Below are positions 60,080 through 64,000 of a DNA stretch of 64,000 bases, in pieces; the stretch's first letter is position 1; the number at the start of each line of letters is the position of its first letter. Both the position numbers and the translations under genes were made by a program. The stretch is taken from the NCBI GenBank assembly GCA_044341025.1, contig JBIISM010000003.1, forward strand, positions 28,308 to 92,307, given 5' to 3'. The stretch is from Bacteroidia bacterium. Its GTDB lineage: Bacteria > Bacteroidota > Bacteroidia > NS11-12g > UBA955. The notes beneath the pieces are model-generated. The model was not told the DNA's origin and did no database searches. It saw only the letters and a list, made by a program, of their open reading frames with translations.

Positions 60080-60520
60080 TTAACAATCAACCTTACCCAC
60101 CCTGTTTTGGTGTCTTCCACCTTCAAACTCGGCGTTTAGGTAGGCATCTACTATTTCTTTAGCGGTTTGTTCAGAAATAAAACGTGCTGGCAAACATAAA
60201 ATATTGGCATTGTTGTGTTGACGGGCCAAAGCACCCAGCTCAGGCAACCAGCACAAGGCTGCACGGATACCTTGGTGTTTGTTGGCAGTTAAGCAAACCC
60301 CATTGCCACTGCCACAAATCAAAACACCCAAAGAATTGGCATCGTTAAGCACTGCATTGGCCACTGGATGCGCAACATCTGGATAGTCCATAGAATCGGT
60401 GTTGTGGGTACCAAAATCTTGTACTGAATAACCGAGTGTTTCAAGGTAAGATTTGATGCTGGCTTTAAGTTCTACGCCCGCGTGGTCAGAACCAATTTGA
60501 ATATTGATAGATTTATGCAT
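60080..60520 (-). CDS. rpiB: Ribose-5-phosphate isomerase B
   Basis: GSDHAG, DYPD, CGSGNG, ARQHNNAN, FEGGRH. Confidence 0.95.
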   Translation of the reverse strand: MHKSINIQIGSDHAGVELKASIKSYLETLGYSVQDFGTHNTDSMDYPDVAHPVANAVLNDANSLGVLICGSGNGVCLTANKHQGIRAALCWLPELGALARQHNNANILCLPARFISEQTAKEIVDAYLNAEFEGGRHQNRVGKVDC

Positions 60521-61346
60521 TTTCGCTTTCTTTTTGTTTTTCTACGCGCTTTACAATAACGATACCCAATTCAAACAATGAATACAAGGGAACGGTTAAA
60601 GTAATTTGACTCACCACATCTGGTGGTGTGGCAATAGCAGCTACTATAAGGATTACCACGAAGGAATGTTTGCGGTATTTCTTTAAAAATTCGGATGATA
60701 TAATGCCAATTCTTGCCAAGAAATACATCACTATTGGCAATTCGAATATGAGGCCTGTGCCCAATACAATTAAACTTAAAAATGATACGATGCTCGAAAC
60801 CGTGTACTTGTTTTCGATCATGGAACTCAAGGTGTAATTGCTCAAGAAGTTAATTGAAATTGGACACAATACAAAATAACCAAAGCAAACACCGGTGAGG
60901 AATAGAAAGGTTGTATAAAAGGTAAATCCCCTTGTTTTAGAGCGCTCTTTCAACGTGAGAGCTGGTCTTAAAAACTTCCACAATTGCCACACCAAATAAG
61001 GCATTGACAGTATAATACCCGTAAGAAAAGCCAAGCGAAATGAAATCATAAACTGACCTGACATTTCCAAATTCAGCAAGACAATGTTTAAGTTTTTGAT
61101 ACAAAATTGGTCGTTGCCATATAGGTAATGTGACAAATCACATAAAAGTCGGTAAGAGATAAAATCATTTTTAAGTGGCCCTAAAATAACTTGATCAAAA
61201 ATATACTCAATGTAAACAAAACCAACAATGGTAAAAAGAGCTACAGATACCGCACTGCGAAACAAATGCTTTCGCAAGGTTTCGAGGTGGTCAAAAAATG
61301 ACATTTCCTTATCTTCCGAATGATCCTGCTCCTGGTCTAATGCCAT
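60513..61346 (-). CDS. tatC: Twin-arginine translocase subunit TatC
   Basis: EMSFFDHLETLR, WKFLRPAL..KE, FELP, TPPD; start moved to MALDQE. Confidence 0.93.
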   Translation of the reverse strand: MALDQEQDHSEDKEMSFFDHLETLRKHLFRSAVSVALFTIVGFVYIEYIFDQVILGPLKNDFISYRLLCDLSHYLYGNDQFCIKNLNIVLLNLEMSGQFMISFRLAFLTGIILSMPYLVWQLWKFLRPALTLKERSKTRGFTFYTTFLFLTGVCFGYFVLCPISINFLSNYTLSSMIENKYTVSSIVSFLSLIVLGTGLIFELPIVMYFLARIGIISSEFLKKYRKHSFVVILIVAAIATPPDVVSQITLTVPLYSLFELGIVIVKRVEKQKESENA

Positions 61347-61381
61347 TGATGCGTATATTTTTTTAATTAAAATGTAAAGAC

Positions 61382-62125
61382 TTAAACCACCATACCACCG
61401 CAAACGTTTATGGTTTGACCGGTAATGTAGGTACTCATATCCGAAGCTAAAAACAAACAAGCGTTTGCAACATCATCGGTAGAACCACCGCGTTTTAATG
61501 GAATGGTGTCTATCCATTGCTTTTTAACTTCAGCATCTAAACTTGCGGTCATTTCGGTTTCAATAAAACCGGGAGCAATGGCATTGCAACGCACATTTCT
61601 ACTGCCCAATTCTTTGGCCATCGATTTGGTAAAACCTATCATACCAGCTTTCGAAGCTGCATAGTTAGATTGTCCGGCATTACCTGTTAATCCAACAATT
61701 GAAGACATATTGATGATACTTCCAGCTCTGTTTTTCAAGAAGGTCTTTAAACACGCTTTTGTTAAGTTGAAGGTTGATTTCAAATTGGTGTTCATTACAT
61801 CGTCCCATTGCTCTTCAGACATACGCATTAAGAGTGTGTCGCGGGTAATCCCCGCATTGTTAATCAAAACATCAATGCTGCCAAAATCAGCAACAACTTG
61901 ATCAGCAAGCGCCATAGCCGCATTGTAGTCAGCCGCATCGCTTTGATAGCCTTTTACCTTTACGCCGTATTTAGCAGATAATTCTTCTTCGAAAGCTTTT
62001 GCTTTTTCAACAGAACTGGCAAAAGTAAAGGCTATGTTTGAACCATTTTTAGCAAATACTTCAGCAATTCCTTTGCCGATTCCTCTGCTTGCTCCTGTAA
62101 TCAGTGATGTTTTTCCTTTTAACAT
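61382..62125 (-). CDS. fabG: 3-oxoacyl-ACP reductase
   Basis: TGASRGIG, NNAGITRD, GQSNYAASK, APGFIETEMT. Confidence 0.94.
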   Translation of the reverse strand: MLKGKTSLITGASRGIGKGIAEVFAKNGSNIAFTFASSVEKAKAFEEELSAKYGVKVKGYQSDAADYNAAMALADQVVADFGSIDVLINNAGITRDTLLMRMSEEQWDDVMNTNLKSTFNLTKACLKTFLKNRAGSIINMSSIVGLTGNAGQSNYAASKAGMIGFTKSMAKELGSRNVRCNAIAPGFIETEMTASLDAEVKKQWIDTIPLKRGGSTDDVANACLFLASDMSTYITGQTINVCGGMVV

Positions 62126-62201
62126 ATACAATTTGATGTAGGGGCGAAATTAAATAAAATTATTGGGTATTTGAAGGCAAAGTAACAGAGAATTACTTTT
62201 C

Positions 62202-62624
62202 TTATAAGACCAATTTCATGGCGAAATGTCTAATACCTGCCTCGTCAAATTCTGGCCCATAGGCCACAAATCCATATTTTTCGTAAAATGGAATGGCATG
62301 CATTTGGGCATGCATCATCACTTTTTCAGCGTAAGGCAAATCGGCCAATACTGCTTTCACCAAGGCCGCTCCTACCCCAGTTTTCCTGTATTTGGCATCA
62401 ACTGCAAAACGCTCCAACTTAATAATTCCTTGCTCTTTGAAACGCCAACGGGCTGTTCCACAGGATTCCCCGTCTACAGTGGCTAAAAAATGAGTGCACA
62501 TATGGTCATCGTCGTCATACTCCTCACCCGCATCGACTACTTGCTCTATTACAAAGACACGACGTCTTACCTCAAATGCTTTTTCTAGATCTTCTTTATT
62601 TTTTATTTTATTTACACTAAGCAT
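62202..62624 (-). CDS. GNAT family N-acetyltransferase (ElaA/YjcF-like)
   Basis: RRRVFVIEQ, KLERFAV, YRKTGVG, HAQ..AIPFYEKYGF, FDEAGIRH. Confidence 0.88.
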   Translation of the reverse strand: MLSVNKIKNKEDLEKAFEVRRRVFVIEQVVDAGEEYDDDDHMCTHFLATVDGESCGTARWRFKEQGIIKLERFAVDAKYRKTGVGAALVKAVLADLPYAEKVMMHAQMHAIPFYEKYGFVAYGPEFDEAGIRHFAMKLVL

Positions 62625-62988
62625 GTTTCTTGATTTTAAGTTTAAAGTATTTCCAACTGGAAAAATAGGGTCTATTTTTTAAATAGTCCATATTCCTTTC
62701 CTGCTCGTAGGCTTCCATTTCAAAACTGATGTTTCGGTAAGCTATTTCATGTTTGAATTTACAACCAAACATACCAATCCAATATTCAATAAAATACCAA
62801 ATATAAAATGGAAGTATCAGCAACTCCACTTGCTGTCTGTGGTGAATCTTTTCGTGGTTTTGAATCACAGTATTCTCGCTGGTCTTTTTGTTTCTGTATA
62901 TTACAAAAGGCCAGAGGGCCATAGCCAATACATTTTTATTGTTAAAGGTAAGAATCGAAAGCAGTAAAGAACTAACAATTTGCATCAA
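62617..62988 (-). CDS. Conserved hypothetical membrane protein with HExxH motif
   Basis: ALWPFV, NHEKIHHRQQ, AYRNISFEMEAY. Confidence 0.7.
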   Translation of the reverse strand: MMQIVSSLLLSILTFNNKNVLAMALWPFVIYRNKKTSENTVIQNHEKIHHRQQVELLILPFYIWYFIEYWIGMFGCKFKHEIAYRNISFEMEAYEQERNMDYLKNRPYFSSWKYFKLKIKKHA

Positions 62989-63998
62989 CCATTGCCATTA
63001 TTTTGTTCTGCCTCCTTGCGCTTGCGCTCTTCTTCCTCTCTGCGCTTGCGGCGCTCTTCGCGCTCTTTCTCTATCATCATTTGAAGCTTCTCGTCTTCAG
63101 TCAGTTCTTTTTCAGGTAAGCCATTTTTAACGTTTAGCTCCATTTGTTTTTTCTGAATGGAATCTTTCAAAATTGAAATCTGTTTTTTTAAACTGTCAAT
63201 TTTACTTTGGTGAGCTACTTGATTGGCTTTTAGCGTTGTTATTTCATTTGTTGCACGGTCTAAGGCTTTTGTTAAATCCTTAATCTCCATAAACAAACTG
63301 TTGTTCTCTTCATTTAAGACTTTATTTGCCTTTTCTAAAGCATCCAAACTTGCTTTTTGATTGCTCACCATGTTGGTTAAGTTGATCACAATATCGCCGT
63401 CATTTCCTTTTTCAACCCCTGTTTTAAAATCATTCAGAACTTTAATCTCCTCCTCCATTCCCATTACTTTTATTTGAAGGTCGTTGTTTTCTTCTTCCAA
63501 AACGGCCACCTTAGCCAACAAACGGTTTCTTAAATTATTGGCGGCAGTATCGCTGCCTGCTTTTCCAAAACCACCCGATTCGCAAAGTTTCAGTTTGGTT
63601 TTGTAATCGTCAATATCTTTATCCCTTTTATTGATTTGCTCTTTCAATTTTAAAATGATTTGGGTAAAAGCTTGCTCCTCACCTTTTGCATCTTTAATTT
63701 CAAAGTTCAACAATTCGGTTTTGTCTTCTCCTAAAACTTTTAGAAAATCAAACTTAACCTTACTATCTGGTCCTACATAAATTCCGATCTTACCCTTGTT
63801 CAACTCAATATCGGTAAAGGTTTGAACAAATACACCATTGATGTATAGGTCGTATACTTTGTCGTAGGTCTTTATCGTAATTTGATTTTCTGTTTTGGTA
63901 ATGGCCGCAGTGGCTTTTTGCCATCCATCTCCGTTTGAATTTAAAGGAACTTGTTTGTCCTTATAAACGCGAACAATTCGGTATTGTTTCTTCTGGTT
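62985..63998 (-). CDS. Hypothetical protein, beta-rich domain plus long coiled coil (5'-partial)
   Basis: Frame of ORF 62985..63803 stays open to the window end (NQKKQYRIVRVY...DLYINGVFVQTF); heptad-rich, highly charged C-terminus. Confidence 0.7.
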   Translation of the reverse strand, partial: NQKKQYRIVRVYKDKQVPLNSNGDGWQKATAAITKTENQITIKTYDKVYDLYINGVFVQTFTDIELNKGKIGIYVGPDSKVKFDFLKVLGEDKTELLNFEIKDAKGEEQAFTQIILKLKEQINKRDKDIDDYKTKLKLCESGGFGKAGSDTAANNLRNRLLAKVAVLEEENNDLQIKVMGMEEEIKVLNDFKTGVEKGNDGDIVINLTNMVSNQKASLDALEKANKVLNEENNSLFMEIKDLTKALDRATNEITTLKANQVAHQSKIDSLKKQISILKDSIQKKQMELNVKNGLPEKELTEDEKLQMMIEKEREERRKRREEEERKRKEAEQNNGNG

Positions 63999-64000
63999 AA

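Overview
AT-rich chromosomal window from a Bacteroidota (Bacteroidetes) genome, judged from TAnnTTTG -7 promoter boxes, A-rich starts without Shine-Dalgarno, short NuoG, GYDIA-type GHMP kinase, Omp28 lipoprotein and dcw layout. Mostly core genes: nuoD-N, a mevalonate/isoprenoid operon ending in a UbiA/DGGGPS-like prenyltransferase, M1 aminopeptidase, iaaA, pdhC, the dcw cluster mraZ-ftsZ, acyl-CoA dehydrogenase, lplA, xerD, two tRNA-Leu, tig-clpP-clpX, recQ, two glycosyltransferases, mutL, tatC and fabG. The unusual signal is intergenic. (1) A 65-bp tandem array re-creates the last 7 codons plus stop of the acyl-CoA dehydrogenase; its distal copy is a purely synonymous recoding next to the terminator, suggesting a minimal gene-end-replacing element. 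(2) Two spacers are built from telomere-like heptamer lattices carrying shared, shuffled and nested hairpin modules. (3) A ~600-bp element bounded by nested inverted repeats cuts off a RelE-like toxin. (4) A glycosyltransferase appears to start at CTG. Family calls come from motif recognition only; no database searches were run.
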